Below are positions 38,760 through 49,000 of a stretch of 64,000 bases of DNA, piece by piece (the stretch's first letter is position 1; every line of letters starts with the position of its first letter). The DNA is from Nitrososphaerota archaeon. GTDB taxonomy: Archaea > Thermoproteota > Nitrososphaeria_A > Caldarchaeales > Caldarchaeaceae. Both the position numbers and the translations under genes were made by a program. A model generated the notes under the pieces. It worked only from the letters and a program-made list of their open reading frames with translations, ran no database searches and was not told the origin of the DNA. The stretch covers positions 160,001-224,000 of the forward strand of contig JBEPYN010000002.1 in assembly GCA_041641305.1 (NCBI GenBank). Reading direction: 5' to 3'.

Positions 38760-40486
38760 GGGCGGCTGACGCATTAGTCAAGATGATGGAGAAGAAAGGC
38801 GTGGAGTATGTCTTCGGCATACCCGGCGGAGCCAACATGCCCTTCTACGACGCTTTACGCGACTCCGACATCAAGAGTATATTGATGCGGCATGAGCAAC
38901 AGGCTGCTCACGCGGCGGAGGGCTATGGACGGGTTAAGCGGAGACCAGGGGTATGCAGCGGCACATCCGGCCCCGGAGCCACCAACCTGATAACAGGCCT
39001 CGTAGACGCCTACATGGACAGCTCACCCGTCGTCGCGATAACTGGCCAGGTTGTCCGAGCCTTCATGGGCACCGACGCCTTCCAAGAAGCAGACATCGTC
39101 GGCCTCGTCCTACCCCACATCAAATACGCCGTCACCGTCAAAGACCCGCAGAGAGTGCTTCAGGAATTCGTCAACGCCTACAACATTGCAGCACATCACC
39201 GACCCGGTCCCACGCTCCTCGACCTCCCCCGCGACGTCTTCATGGAGGAGGTGGAGGAAAACTATGACATCGAGCCCGAGCCGCTTTTCAAAAGGCCTTT
39301 GCCCGAGCCCGAAATAGAGTCCATCAAGCAGGCGGCGAAGCTGATAGCGGAGGCGGAGAAGCCCGTAATCTTGGTGGGAGGCGGCGCGGTCTACAGCATG
39401 GCTGGAAAAGAAATCCTGGAGCTGGCGGAGCACATCGCGGCACCAATAGTTACGACGACGATGGGAAAGGGAGCTGTTCCCGAGGACCACCCGCTCGTCC
39501 TTGGTGTCGTAGGCATGCATGGCAGAGTGGAGGCGGACCTCGCCATCGTCGAGTCAGACCTCGTCATATGCATCGGCTCAAGACTCTCAGACAGGGCCAT
39601 AGGCCCAGCAAAAGAGTTTGAGAAAAACCGGAAAACCATCCACATAGACATCGACGCCAGCGAGTTTGGAAAAAACGTTCGCCCAACCGTTTCTCTCCCA
39701 GGAGATGCGCGGAAAGTGTTGGGCGAGCTCGTCGAATACACCAAAGCCATCGTGGCACGCAGGCCCGAGTGCCAGTTGGCGAAAAAGCTGCGGGAAATCG
39801 GAGAAGCCTACGAGGAATACATGATGTCCATGGATGACGGCCATGTTCTACATTCTTGGAAAGTTGTCTCCCTGCTGACGGACGCGGTCCCACCCGACAC
39901 GATTGTAACCACAGGGGTTGGACAGCATCAGATGTGGGCCCAGCTTTTCTGGAAAAGCAGGGCGCCGGGAACATGGTTGACCAGCGGAGGCCTTGGAACC
40001 ATGGGGTTCGGCCTGCCAGCCGCTTTCGGCGCAAAAGCAGCAGCACCCGACAGAATTGTGATGAACCTCGACGGCGACGGCAGCTTCCTGATGACCTGCC
40101 AAACCCTCGCATGCGTATCCGATTATGAGTTGCCGGTGATTACGGTGATTTTTGACAACCGTTCCCTCGGGATGGTGAAGCAGTGGCAGGACATGTTCTA
40201 CAACAAACGGTACAAGGACGTCGAATACAATGACCGGACAGACCTTGTCAAGCTCTCCGAGGCTTTTGGCGTCGAGGCGGTTCGGGTTGAAAGCTATGAT
40301 GAGCTGTTGAAGGCTGTGATGCGGGCTGTGAGGACAAACTCGGCCCTAACAGTTGATGTGCCCGTTGACACCGGTGAGCTTGTTTTCCCGATGGTTCCGC
40401 CTGGAAGATGGCTGGAGGATGTGAAGCTACCGCCAGGGTTTGACCTCAGCCAGCGCATGGTGGCCGCGGGGAGAATGTCGACTTGA
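38756..40486 (+). CDS. ilvB: Acetolactate synthase large subunit
   Basis: FGIPGG, RHEQ.A.H.A.GY, TSGPGATN, GMHG, GVGQHQMW, SGGLGTMGFGLP, GDGSF. Confidence 0.95.
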   Translation: MRAADALVKMMEKKGVEYVFGIPGGANMPFYDALRDSDIKSILMRHEQQAAHAAEGYGRVKRRPGVCSGTSGPGATNLITGLVDAYMDSSPVVAITGQVVRAFMGTDAFQEADIVGLVLPHIKYAVTVKDPQRVLQEFVNAYNIAAHHRPGPTLLDLPRDVFMEEVEENYDIEPEPLFKRPLPEPEIESIKQAAKLIAEAEKPVILVGGGAVYSMAGKEILELAEHIAAPIVTTTMGKGAVPEDHPLVLGVVGMHGRVEADLAIVESDLVICIGSRLSDRAIGPAKEFEKNRKTIHIDIDASEFGKNVRPTVSLPGDARKVLGELVEYTKAIVARRPECQLAKKLREIGEAYEEYMMSMDDGHVLHSWKVVSLLTDAVPPDTIVTTGVGQHQMWAQLFWKSRAPGTWLTSGGLGTMGFGLPAAFGAKAAAPDRIVMNLDGDGSFLMTCQTLACVSDYELPVITVIFDNRSLGMVKQWQDMFYNKRYKDVEYNDRTDLVKLSEAFGVEAVRVESYDELLKAVMRAVRTNSALTVDVPVDTGELVFPMVPPGRWLEDVKLPPGFDLSQRMVAAGRMST

Positions 40487-40722
40487 AGTTTCTCCTCTTC
40501 GTCGAGCTCGTCAACAGCCACGACGCAGTCGCCAAAATGATGCTGACAGTCAAGCAGGGCAACCTCTCCATAGAATCCATAAACATACACAAAAGCGGCG
40601 ACGACAAGCTCTCGGCAATCCTCATGCTCGAGGGTGAGGAAAACAAAGCCGAGTGGCTCGCCCACAAACTTCTCAACTTCCCCTACTACAGGTCAACCGC
40701 AATCCTCAAACAAATCAAATGA
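40483..40722 (+). CDS. Acetolactate synthase small (ACT) regulatory subunit
   Basis: 79-aa ACT-like ORF overlapping the ilvB stop; NLSIESINI. Confidence 0.7.
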   Translation: MKFLLFVELVNSHDAVAKMMLTVKQGNLSIESINIHKSGDDKLSAILMLEGEENKAEWLAHKLLNFPYYRSTAILKQIK

Positions 40723-40971
40723 CAGTAACAGGGAGAGAGTGTATCAGATCGGCGGCAGCCTTAACGGTTGTATAACCTATCGGGCGCTTAAACACAGGCT
40801 GCCTTGCGGCTTATCCTCTATTCCTATTACGGCTTTCGAGGTCTTTCTCTGGCTTTGTCTGGGTGCTTCGCGGGTTTTGATGTTGGTTGTTTATAAAAGG
40901 TAAGGCCTACGGCCTACAGCTCGCTCGTCAGGAGTGGCATCCGTATTTTGGACCTGCAATATATTAGGAGC

Positions 40972-41190
40972 TATGGTGATTGGCTCAGGAAGGTCAACAA
41001 TGGAAGAAGGGATGATAAGTCGATATTCGGGGAAGAGCCCCTCTCAAAGAAGACGAGACGGATGAACATAAAGATGGTCCAGAAGGCATTCATATACAAC
41101 CTCCTTCTGAACGCGGCATAAACCCAAGACAGAGCAAGAGCAGCAGGAGGAGAGGGCATAGAACCAAGGGAATTATGCCACACTACAAAG
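40972..41190 (+). mobile_element. IS5-family (IS903-like) transposase C-terminal remnant with possible degenerate right end
   Basis: + frame YGDWLRKV...KSIFGEEPLSKK...MVQKAFIYNLLLNAA* (stop 41119-41121) resembles the W..Y..R..K..FGE.L.SK..K..YN C-terminus of IS903-group transposases; TTATGCCACACTAC near 41173 resembles an IS903-type IR. Confidence 0.5.
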
Positions 41191-41261
41191 CAAATCAATA
41201 GAGAAGAGTACTCTCTGAAGAGGACTAAACGGCTATATCTAAGGATAAGCATGGAGATGTC

Positions 41262-42533
41262 ATGCCTTCGAGAGCGGCCCCCACCATTATCGTGGTTTTG
41301 CTTGTTGCGGTGGTTGTTTTAGGGCTTGTGACAGAGGGTGTGGAAGCAGTACATTTACGGAGGACTAGAACCGGGACAACGTCTCAAACAACTCGTTCGA
41401 CAACTTCTTCAACTACCTCGACAGCACATACAACCACCTATTCGACAACTATAACCTTTACAACAACTGTAACCCATACGGTAACCTATTCGACGACCAT
41501 AACTTATACAACGATTGAAACATATACAACGGCACCGACGACTGTGACAAGTACAGTAACCTCGACCTCCTCCACGTCTGACTACTCGGACACGTTTCCC
41601 GCCGTTAACCCACAGATACTTGGAAACTGTCCACCGGAAGTGCATGACAGGTATTTTGTAATCGGCCCGGACGGGAGAAAGTACAGGACATGGCATCCTG
41701 TCACTGTTCCGCTGGACCCGAACAACACGGCTAGAGGATACTGCACGTTTGCTCACGAGCATGGCGATAATCCTCTACAGGGTAGCTTCAATGATTTGCC
41801 GCCTTTTGGCTACGCGGCTAAAGTGGCTGGAATGGTGCAAGAGATAGCCGCTCACGCAGGGTTCAAGGTTTTCTATAAGCCGATGTCCGGTGATGGTCTT
41901 GGTAACAACGCAGAGTGGCGCATAGTTGTCCATCAGGGGACGGCTGGTGCGAGGAGGCTCACCGAGTCTTTCCACAGCATACAAATCGACATTGTCGACT
42001 CCGCGGGGAGGGTGACACGGGTTAGTTTGATGGCTCCGACTGGTGATTTGAACCCGAAGTGTGGACCACGTGTAGGTGATAGGATAATTCCCGACGAGGA
42101 ATGTGTGAGGAGGGGGCAGTACTACGAGGTTTGGTACTTCGCTGTCCGTGTAGGAACAGGTGACATCAACGGGGCAAGATTCTTCGCAGCGCCGGGCATA
42201 GGCGTATACAACCCCATGACATACTTTAGGGTAGGGGACCTGTCGAGGGTTTATCCGATATCCAGCGTTGTCGAAGGGCTTCCCATGGGAGACCCCCGAA
42301 GCTTTTTCCTCGGAAACCAGAGAGCTGTTGAGCATCCAGACTTCGGATGGGGCAATCCAGGCCCCTCACGGTTCTGGACAGACGCATACGGCCGAGAAGT
42401 AGCGGGCAACTGTGACGCCACAAGATGCATAATGCAGACAGTTCCCACAGGATACTATGCATGGTTTGACGACGACTCTGTCTTCGACTGGCCTTGGATA
42501 GACCTGCCGCTGGGCGCCCCCGGAGGAAACTAA
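41262..42533 (+). CDS. Secreted/surface protein: signal peptide, Thr/Ser-rich stalk, uncharacterised His/Cys-containing domain
   Basis: Hydrophobic N-terminus, about 75-aa T/S run, then CPPEVHD...TWHP...CTFAHEHGDNP...HAGFK...HQG. Confidence 0.8.
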   Translation: MPSRAAPTIIVVLLVAVVVLGLVTEGVEAVHLRRTRTGTTSQTTRSTTSSTTSTAHTTTYSTTITFTTTVTHTVTYSTTITYTTIETYTTAPTTVTSTVTSTSSTSDYSDTFPAVNPQILGNCPPEVHDRYFVIGPDGRKYRTWHPVTVPLDPNNTARGYCTFAHEHGDNPLQGSFNDLPPFGYAAKVAGMVQEIAAHAGFKVFYKPMSGDGLGNNAEWRIVVHQGTAGARRLTESFHSIQIDIVDSAGRVTRVSLMAPTGDLNPKCGPRVGDRIIPDEECVRRGQYYEVWYFAVRVGTGDINGARFFAAPGIGVYNPMTYFRVGDLSRVYPISSVVEGLPMGDPRSFFLGNQRAVEHPDFGWGNPGPSRFWTDAYGREVAGNCDATRCIMQTVPTGYYAWFDDDSVFDWPWIDLPLGAPGGN

Positions 42534-42618
42534 ATCGGCCAGCATAGACTGCGGCTTACGCTGGTAAGATGACTTATCCACCCTGTCCACGATGCTGATG
42601 CGAAACATGGATAGAGCC

Positions 42619-42849
42619 CTACAAGCCCTTTGAGCGGTGGAGCGTTTCAAGCCCTGTCTCACCTCTCTTCTTTTTCCGCGCCACGACAACATCCACGTCG
42701 TACCTCTTACTTATCTTCTCGAAAGTTCTTCTATCCTCTCTTGAGAGCCTACCAGAGCCGTATTAGCACTCCTCAAGTGTAGCCTTCCCATCCTTTATGC
42801 ATACGAGGTCGACGGGCTTGCTTCTAGCAGCCCTGATGACAAACAAACC
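42619..42849 (-). pseudogene. Hjc-like PD-(D/E)xK nuclease remnant
   Basis: GLFVIRAARSKPVDLVCIKDGKATLEEC*YGSGRLS...; the catalytic ExK Lys position is a TAA (42763-42765) and the N-terminus is missing. Confidence 0.65.
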
Positions 42850-42887
42850 AAATCAAATAAATATCCCTTTTTTCATGTGGATGAGTC

Positions 42888-43865
42888 ATGAAGGTGTACT
42901 ATGACAGCGACATCTCCCTCGAAGTGTTGAAGGGGAAAAAGATAGCGGTCATCGGCTATGGTAGCCAGGGCCGTGCACAGGCTTTGAACATGCGTGACTC
43001 GGGGCTTGACGTGGTTGTAGGCCTCCGTGAAGACGGCACGTCGTGGAAAAAAGCTGTCGAAGATGGTTTCAAGCCTCTGCCGATAGAGGAGGCGGCGAAA
43101 GCCGGCGACGTCATACACATCCTCATACCCGACCCCGAGCAGCCCATGCTCTACAGAGAGAAGATACAAAAGCATCTTTCGGCGGGGAAAACTCTCGGCT
43201 TCTCACACGGCTACAACATCCATTTCCGCCAAATCGTGCCACCATCCAACGTAGATGTGGTGTTGATGGCTCCCAAGTCACCGGGGCCGAGGATGCGTGA
43301 GCTCTATCTTCAGGGCAAGGGTGTGCCAGCTCTCGTCGGAGTGGGGCAGAATTATACGGGGCATGCTCTTGAGACGGCGTTGGCTATGGCGAAGGCGTGT
43401 GGATGTTCACGCGCCGGCGTGATTGAGACCACTTTCAAGGATGAGACGGAGACAGACTTGTTCGGTGAGCAGGCTGTTCTCGTTGGTGGTGTGGTTGAGC
43501 TTATCCGCAACGGTTTCGAGGTCTTGGTCGAGAACGGCTACCCAGCGGAGCTTGCATATTTCGAGGTTTTGAACGAGCTGAAGCTTATCGTCGACCTCAT
43601 CTACCAAGGCGGCATAACCCACATGCTGAAGGCTGTGTCCGACACCGCGAAGTACGGCGGTTTGACTGTGGGGCCCCAGATAGTTGATGACCATGTTAGG
43701 AAAAACATGGAGAAGGCTCTCGCAAGCATAAGGTCGGGCGAGTTTGTTGAAACATGGACAGGGAACCCGCGCAGCTACGAGATTCTCAACGACTTGATGA
43801 AGAAGATGGCGGACCACCAGATTGAGAAGGTTGGCGAAAAAATCAGGAAAATGGCGAACATCTAA
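42888..43865 (+). CDS. ilvC: Ketol-acid reductoisomerase
   Basis: [45 protein letters not shown]. Confidence 0.96.
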   Translation: MKVYYDSDISLEVLKGKKIAVIGYGSQGRAQALNMRDSGLDVVVGLREDGTSWKKAVEDGFKPLPIEEAAKAGDVIHILIPDPEQPMLYREKIQKHLSAGKTLGFSHGYNIHFRQIVPPSNVDVVLMAPKSPGPRMRELYLQGKGVPALVGVGQNYTGHALETALAMAKACGCSRAGVIETTFKDETETDLFGEQAVLVGGVVELIRNGFEVLVENGYPAELAYFEVLNELKLIVDLIYQGGITHMLKAVSDTAKYGGLTVGPQIVDDHVRKNMEKALASIRSGEFVETWTGNPRSYEILNDLMKKMADHQIEKVGEKIRKMANI

Positions 43866-44338
43866 AGGCGTTTAACCCCCTTGTATAGGTAAACCATTTT
43901 TCCCTCTCTTTTTTCAGCCTCAGCGGGCATCAGTCCAGGTATGCTGAAGCCGTGTGAGACTATACGTGCTCCTCTGCTGAGAGCTGTTTCGAGACGGGGT
44001 TTTATGAGGCTGAGCACATCTCTTGTGAGGTAAAGCGTTATGACGTCTGCGTTAGGGAGCGGCACGGCTGTGAAGTCTTGTTTGACGACTTGCACCATTT
44101 CATCCAGCCGCATCAGCTTGGCTTTTCGCCTGATATGGTTGACTAAACGGGGCCGCAGCTCATAGCCTATGGCCCTTGCACCATATTCTTCGGCGGCCGT
44201 GAAAAGTATCCGGCCGTCGCCGCATCCGAGGTCTAGAACAGTCTCCCCCTCATCGACATCAGCCAGGTCAAGCATCCTCCTGACAACCGGATACGGTGTT
44301 GGGACGAAGGGGACGGGTTTTCTCAACACCCATCCCAT
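43862..44338 (-). CDS. Class I SAM methyltransferase, archaeal protein-lysine methyltransferase (aKMT/FAM173-like)
   Basis: [36 protein letters not shown]. Confidence 0.75.
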   Translation of the reverse strand: MGWVLRKPVPFVPTPYPVVRRMLDLADVDEGETVLDLGCGDGRILFTAAEEYGARAIGYELRPRLVNHIRRKAKLMRLDEMVQVVKQDFTAVPLPNADVITLYLTRDVLSLIKPRLETALSRGARIVSHGFSIPGLMPAEAEKREGKMVYLYKGVKRL

Positions 44339-44345
44339 CCCGCCT

Positions 44346-44972
44346 TCATTCGACAATTATCCCGCGTGGTTTTGGTTTGAGATACTCGGGCATACGGGCC
44401 TCGTATTCGGCTATTTTGTCGACGTATTTTTCGAGGGTGAGCTGGATGTCGTCGAGGCCTTTTACGAGTCTTTCGCGTATGTGTGGCTCGATGTTGAAGT
44501 GTATGGTTTCTCCCTCGGCTTCTATGGTTTGGGTGCTGAGGTCTACGGCGAGAGTGAGCGGGCCTGTTTTGGCCTTGTTCCGCAGCTTCGTCACAGTTTC
44601 GTCGGGTAGCCTGATGCAGACGAGGCCGTTTTTGCTTGCGTTGGTGTAGAAGATGTCGCCGAAGCTTGAGGCGATGACGCATCTTATTCCAAAGTCTGTC
44701 AAGGCCCAGACAGCGTTTTCACGCGAGGAGCCGATGCCGAAGTTCCTTCCCGCCACAAGTATCCTGGCATCCCTGTACTCGGGCCTGTCGAGGACAAAGT
44801 CTCCCCTCAGCCTACCTGACTCGTCATAGCGCCATCGGTAGAACAGGTATTTGCCGAGACCTTTTCTCTCAATGACTTTCAGAAACTCGGCGGGGATAAT
44901 CTGGTCGGTGTCCACGTCGTCGGCCTCAAGCGGAGCCGCTTTACCAACCACACGGACAACAGGCTCAGGCAT
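44346..44972 (-). CDS. leuD: 3-isopropylmalate dehydratase small subunit
   Basis: DVDTDQIIPA.FL, NFGIGSSRE.A.WAL, SFGDIFY.N..KNGL, GLDDI. Confidence 0.93.
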   Translation of the reverse strand: MPEPVVRVVGKAAPLEADDVDTDQIIPAEFLKVIERKGLGKYLFYRWRYDESGRLRGDFVLDRPEYRDARILVAGRNFGIGSSRENAVWALTDFGIRCVIASSFGDIFYTNASKNGLVCIRLPDETVTKLRNKAKTGPLTLAVDLSTQTIEAEGETIHFNIEPHIRERLVKGLDDIQLTLEKYVDKIAEYEARMPEYLKPKPRGIIVE

Positions 44973-45019
44973 AACCAATTCAACGACCGAATGATGATTA
45001 ATAAGTTTGAGCTATGGTT

Positions 45020-45910
45020 CTAAGAGAGCGCGGTATAGACCTCGATTGCCAGCTCCTCGGCCAATTTTCTGGCGGCATCGGCCACGTAGGGAGACACGAT
45101 AGCCAGCATCGGTTTAACACCCACTTCTCTTTCGTACAGCTGTGCCTTGCGCAGAAGCTCAGCGACATCGCCTCTGCTTATGCTTGATTTAACCTCAACA
45201 AGCAGATGAGTATCATCTTTTATGATTAGGTCTACTTCGACAATAGCGGGTCTGCCGTAGACCAGTCCCTCGTAGTCATACCTCGCCCATTTGTCGACGG
45301 TTCCCCCAAACACCCTCTCCACAATATTCTTCATCGCCTCTCTGAAAGAAGATTCAGCCATAAGTCCCCATCTGGCACCTAGGGCAACCAAAGCTCGGCC
45401 TAGCTCGGCTACCTGACTCTGTAAGGCTTTGATGGCCTTGCCGTGTTCTGCGACCTGTTCCTGTAGGGCTTTGATATCTTTGCTGAGTTCTGCGACCTGT
45501 TCCTGTAGGGCTTTGATATCTTTGCTATGTTCTGCGACTTGTTCTTGTAGAGCTTTGATGGCCTTGCCGTGTTCAGCAACTTGCTCCTGTAGGGCTTTGA
45601 TTGCTTTGCTGAGTTCTGCGACTTGTTCTTGTAGGGCTTTGATTGCTCTGGTGTTTTCCGCTACTTCTTGCTGTAGGGTTTGGATGGCTTTGCTATGCTC
45701 TGTAACCTGTTCCTGTAACGTTTTGATTTCTCTGCTGTGTTGAGCCACCTCCTCTTGAAGGGTTTTGATGGCTGCTGTGTTGTTGTCTATTCTCTCGAGT
45801 ACTTCCTTGAAGCCGATTAGGCCTGCTACCGCGTATCTGAACTCCTGGTCCTCTTTGAGCAGACGGAGGAACTCTTCCTTAATCGACACCGTTATAATCC
45901 GTGACACCAA
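45020..45910 (-). CDS. Coiled-coil repeat protein with C-terminal PD-(D/E)xK nuclease-like domain (DUF3782-type)
   Basis: L.ED.EFRYAVAG N-terminus, heptad repeats, LGARWG..E..FR, EVDLII...LVEVKSS. Confidence 0.82.
   Translation of the reverse strand: MVSRIITVSIKEEFLRLLKEDQEFRYAVAGLIGFKEVLERIDNNTAAIKTLQEEVAQHSREIKTLQEQVTEHSKAIQTLQQEVAENTRAIKALQEQVAELSKAIKALQEQVAEHGKAIKALQEQVAEHSKDIKALQEQVAELSKDIKALQEQVAEHGKAIKALQSQVAELGRALVALGARWGLMAESSFREAMKNIVERVFGGTVDKWARYDYEGLVYGRPAIVEVDLIIKDDTHLLVEVKSSISRGDVAELLRKAQLYEREVGVKPMLAIVSPYVADAARKLAEELAIEVYTALS
45395..45772 (-). repeat. Intragenic 42-bp tandem repeat, about 9 copies (14-aa unit AIKALQEQVAEHSK)
   Basis: Units read directly from the protein and the DNA (TTCTGCGACCTGTTCCTGTAGGGCTTTGAT...). 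Confidence 0.9.
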
Positions 45911-46000
45911 ACCCTATAAACTTGTCTGGGCAGTGTTTTACTGCGGCGGAACTGGTTTTCTGAACTGTTTATAAAAGGGTTTTGTTGTTTTTGTGTAGCC

Positions 46001-49000
46001 ATGATGAATGTGTTGGATGTAGATGATATACTTAGCGGTATCAGGGGAGCTGTTAGCGTGGCGCAGAGTGAGGAGGATGTTAGGCTGCGTGTTTCGGGTA
46101 TTATTGAGGAGAAGATTTTGAAGCTTCTTGGGATTACTCAGGTTGGTAGGTATGAGTATACACTTGTTTCGGGTGTTAGGGTTGATGCGTTGTATGGGCA
46201 TGTTTTGATTGAGTACAAGGCTCCCGGTAAGCTTTCGAGTAGGTCTGATGTGGCTAATGCGAAGGAGCAGTTGATAAGGTATGTTGTGGAGGAGGCGGGT
46301 GTTGAGGATAGGTATAGGAATTTTCTTGGTGTTATTATTAGTGATAGGATTGCTTTTCTGAGGTATAATCCGCGGGCCCCGGGTGATAAGTGGGTTTTGC
46401 GGGGGCCTTATGATATTAACCGTGAGACTGTGGTTAAGCTTGTTGAGGCGTTGCGTGGTCTTCAGAGGAAGAGTCTTGGTGTCGAGTCGCTTGTTAGGGA
46501 TTTTGGGCCTCAGTCGGATGTTGCTAAGAGGATGGTGAAGCTTCTGTATGAGCGGTTGAGGGGTAGCAATTCGGCGAAGGTTAGGGTTCTTTTTGAGGAC
46601 TGGTTTAGGCTTTTCTCTCAGACTACTGGTTACTCGGCGGAGAGGCTTAGGGAGTTGAAGGAGTTGGTTGATAGGTATGGTTTTAAGGGTAAGGTTGATT
46701 ATGATTCGCTGCTTTTCTGTCTCCATACTTATTATGCTTTTGTGATGAAGTTGTTGGCTGCGGAGATTGCTTATTTGTATGGTTCTGGTAAGTGGTTGAA
46801 GTCGTATGTTGGTGAGTTGGAGAACGCGTATCTTCAGGGTGGGGTTGACTCGCTGCGGCAGGTTTTGAGGGAGCTTGAGGAGGGCGGGGTTTTCACCAAG
46901 TTGTTGAATATTGTTAACTTTGTTGAGGGTGATTATTTTTCATGGTATTTGGATGTTTTGGATAAGGATTTGGGGGATGCTGTTGCGGAGGTTGCGAGGA
47001 GGTTGTCGGATTATGAGCCTGCTACTCCTCAGCTTGAGCCTGAGTCTGCTCGTGACTTGTTGAAGCGGTTGTATGAGTCTCTTATTCCGCGTGATGTTCG
47101 TCATAAGCTGGGTGAGTTTTATACGCCTGATTGGTTGGCTGAGCTTGTTTTGGATGAGGTTGGGTTGACGGTTGAGCGGTTTGAGGAGCTTGGTGCTGAG
47201 AATTCTTTGAGGCCTCTTGAGCTGCGTGTTTTGGACCCTGCGTGTGGTTCTGGGACGTTTCTGGTGCTTTATCTGCGTAGGTTGAGGGAGTATGCTGAGG
47301 AGCATTATATGGTGGACCAACTTGTTGATTATGTTTTGCGTAATGTTGTTGGGTTTGATTTAAATCCTTTGGCAGTTTTGGCCGCTCGGACCAATTATCT
47401 GCTGACGATAGGGGATTTGCTGACGCATGCCAAGGGGACTGTTGAGATTCCTGTGTATTTGGCGGATTCTATCATGGTTGAATCTAAGAGTGATCTTCGT
47501 GGTCAGGTTTATGTTTTGAGGTCGGCTGCGGGTGTTTTTGAGATTCCTAAGGCTGTTGTTGATGGTGGTTTTCTTTCGGATGTTTTGAATGATGTTAAGA
47601 TGGCTGTGGCGAATAGGTATACTGTGGGCGAGTTTAAAGGTTTTGTGTGTTCGAAGTATGGGTTTTCTGATGTTGATGTGGATGTTTTGGGGAAGTTGTT
47701 TGATGTGTTTCTTAGGCTGGAGAAGGAGGGGAAGAATCATGTCTGGGTGTCGATTGTGAGGAATGCTTTTGCACCGATTCTGAAGGGGAGGTTTGACTAT
47801 GTGGTCGGTAATCCGCCGTGGGTTGCATGGGAGAATCTACCTGCTGCATATAGGGAGGTAACCTCCGATATCTGGGGGAAATATGGACTTGTTAGCCGTG
47901 GTGCTGGTCGGTTTAAGCGTGATTTGTCTATGTTGTTTCTTGTGAGGTGTTTTGATCTCTATTTACGGGATGGTGGGGTTTTGGGTTTTCTTCTGCCGTT
48001 TACTCTGTTTAAGACGCAGGCGGGGGCGGGGTTTAGAGAGTTTGTAGCCAAGTGGCAGGTTAAGAAGATTCATGATTTGGTTACTCTTTATCCGTTTGAG
48101 GGGGCTGTTAATAGGTCGGCTGCTATCGTGGTGGCCAAAATTAGGGAACATGCGGGACAACATGCCTATCCTCATGTCATTTGGAATACACGTGACAATA
48201 GACCGGTTCCTCCTGATTCTACGTTTGGAGACGTTTTTAGGATGACAGACAGGCATGAAGCGCTTATGGCTCCGTTAATTGAAAATAATCCTGGCTCTCC
48301 GTGGGCCCAATCAACTCCATTAGTAATGGAGGCTATGAGAAAAATCTTGGGGCGTTCAGAATATCGAGCATACGAAGGGGTCTTATTTGCTTTGAATCAG
48401 GTATATTGTGTCAGGATTTTAGAAAAAGATAAAGATGGTTTGCTTCTGATAACCAATCCAGAGGAAAGCGGTCAAAAGAAAACAGTTAAAACTATACACG
48501 CAAAAATAGAGCCAGACCTTGTCTATCCCATTATAAGGGGGCGTGACGTAAAAAGATGGTGCGTAAACTACAAGGGGCTATACACTATCATACCCCACAA
48601 AACTGACGGACAACCAATCTCTCATCATGAGATGAAAAAACGTTTTCCAAAAACTTGGGATTACTTTTATACTTTTTTTAACGAGTTGATAAATAGAAAA
48701 GGAGGATTTTTAGACCAAAAAATGAAGCCTTATAGAACCTTGAAGTTAGAATCAGCTGAGAAAAAAACCGTACCCTTCTATTATGTAATGAACAAAGTTG
48801 ACGCTGCCTTCTCCCCTTACAAGGTTGTCTGGAAGGCCATCTTTGGTGCAATAACGGGAAAAGCTGTTGATTTTGCATGTTCAGTTGTTTTCACAATTAA
48901 AGACACACTTCTAGGAGAACGCCCAGTAATCCCAGAGCATTCACTGATGTTGGTTCCATTAAAATCAAAAGAAGAGGCATATTACCTAGCAGGAGTTTTA

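Noticed and set aside
45395-45772. Regular repeats that might be a CRISPR array
   Set aside because: Contiguous 42-bp in-frame coding repeats with no unique spacers and no cas genes.
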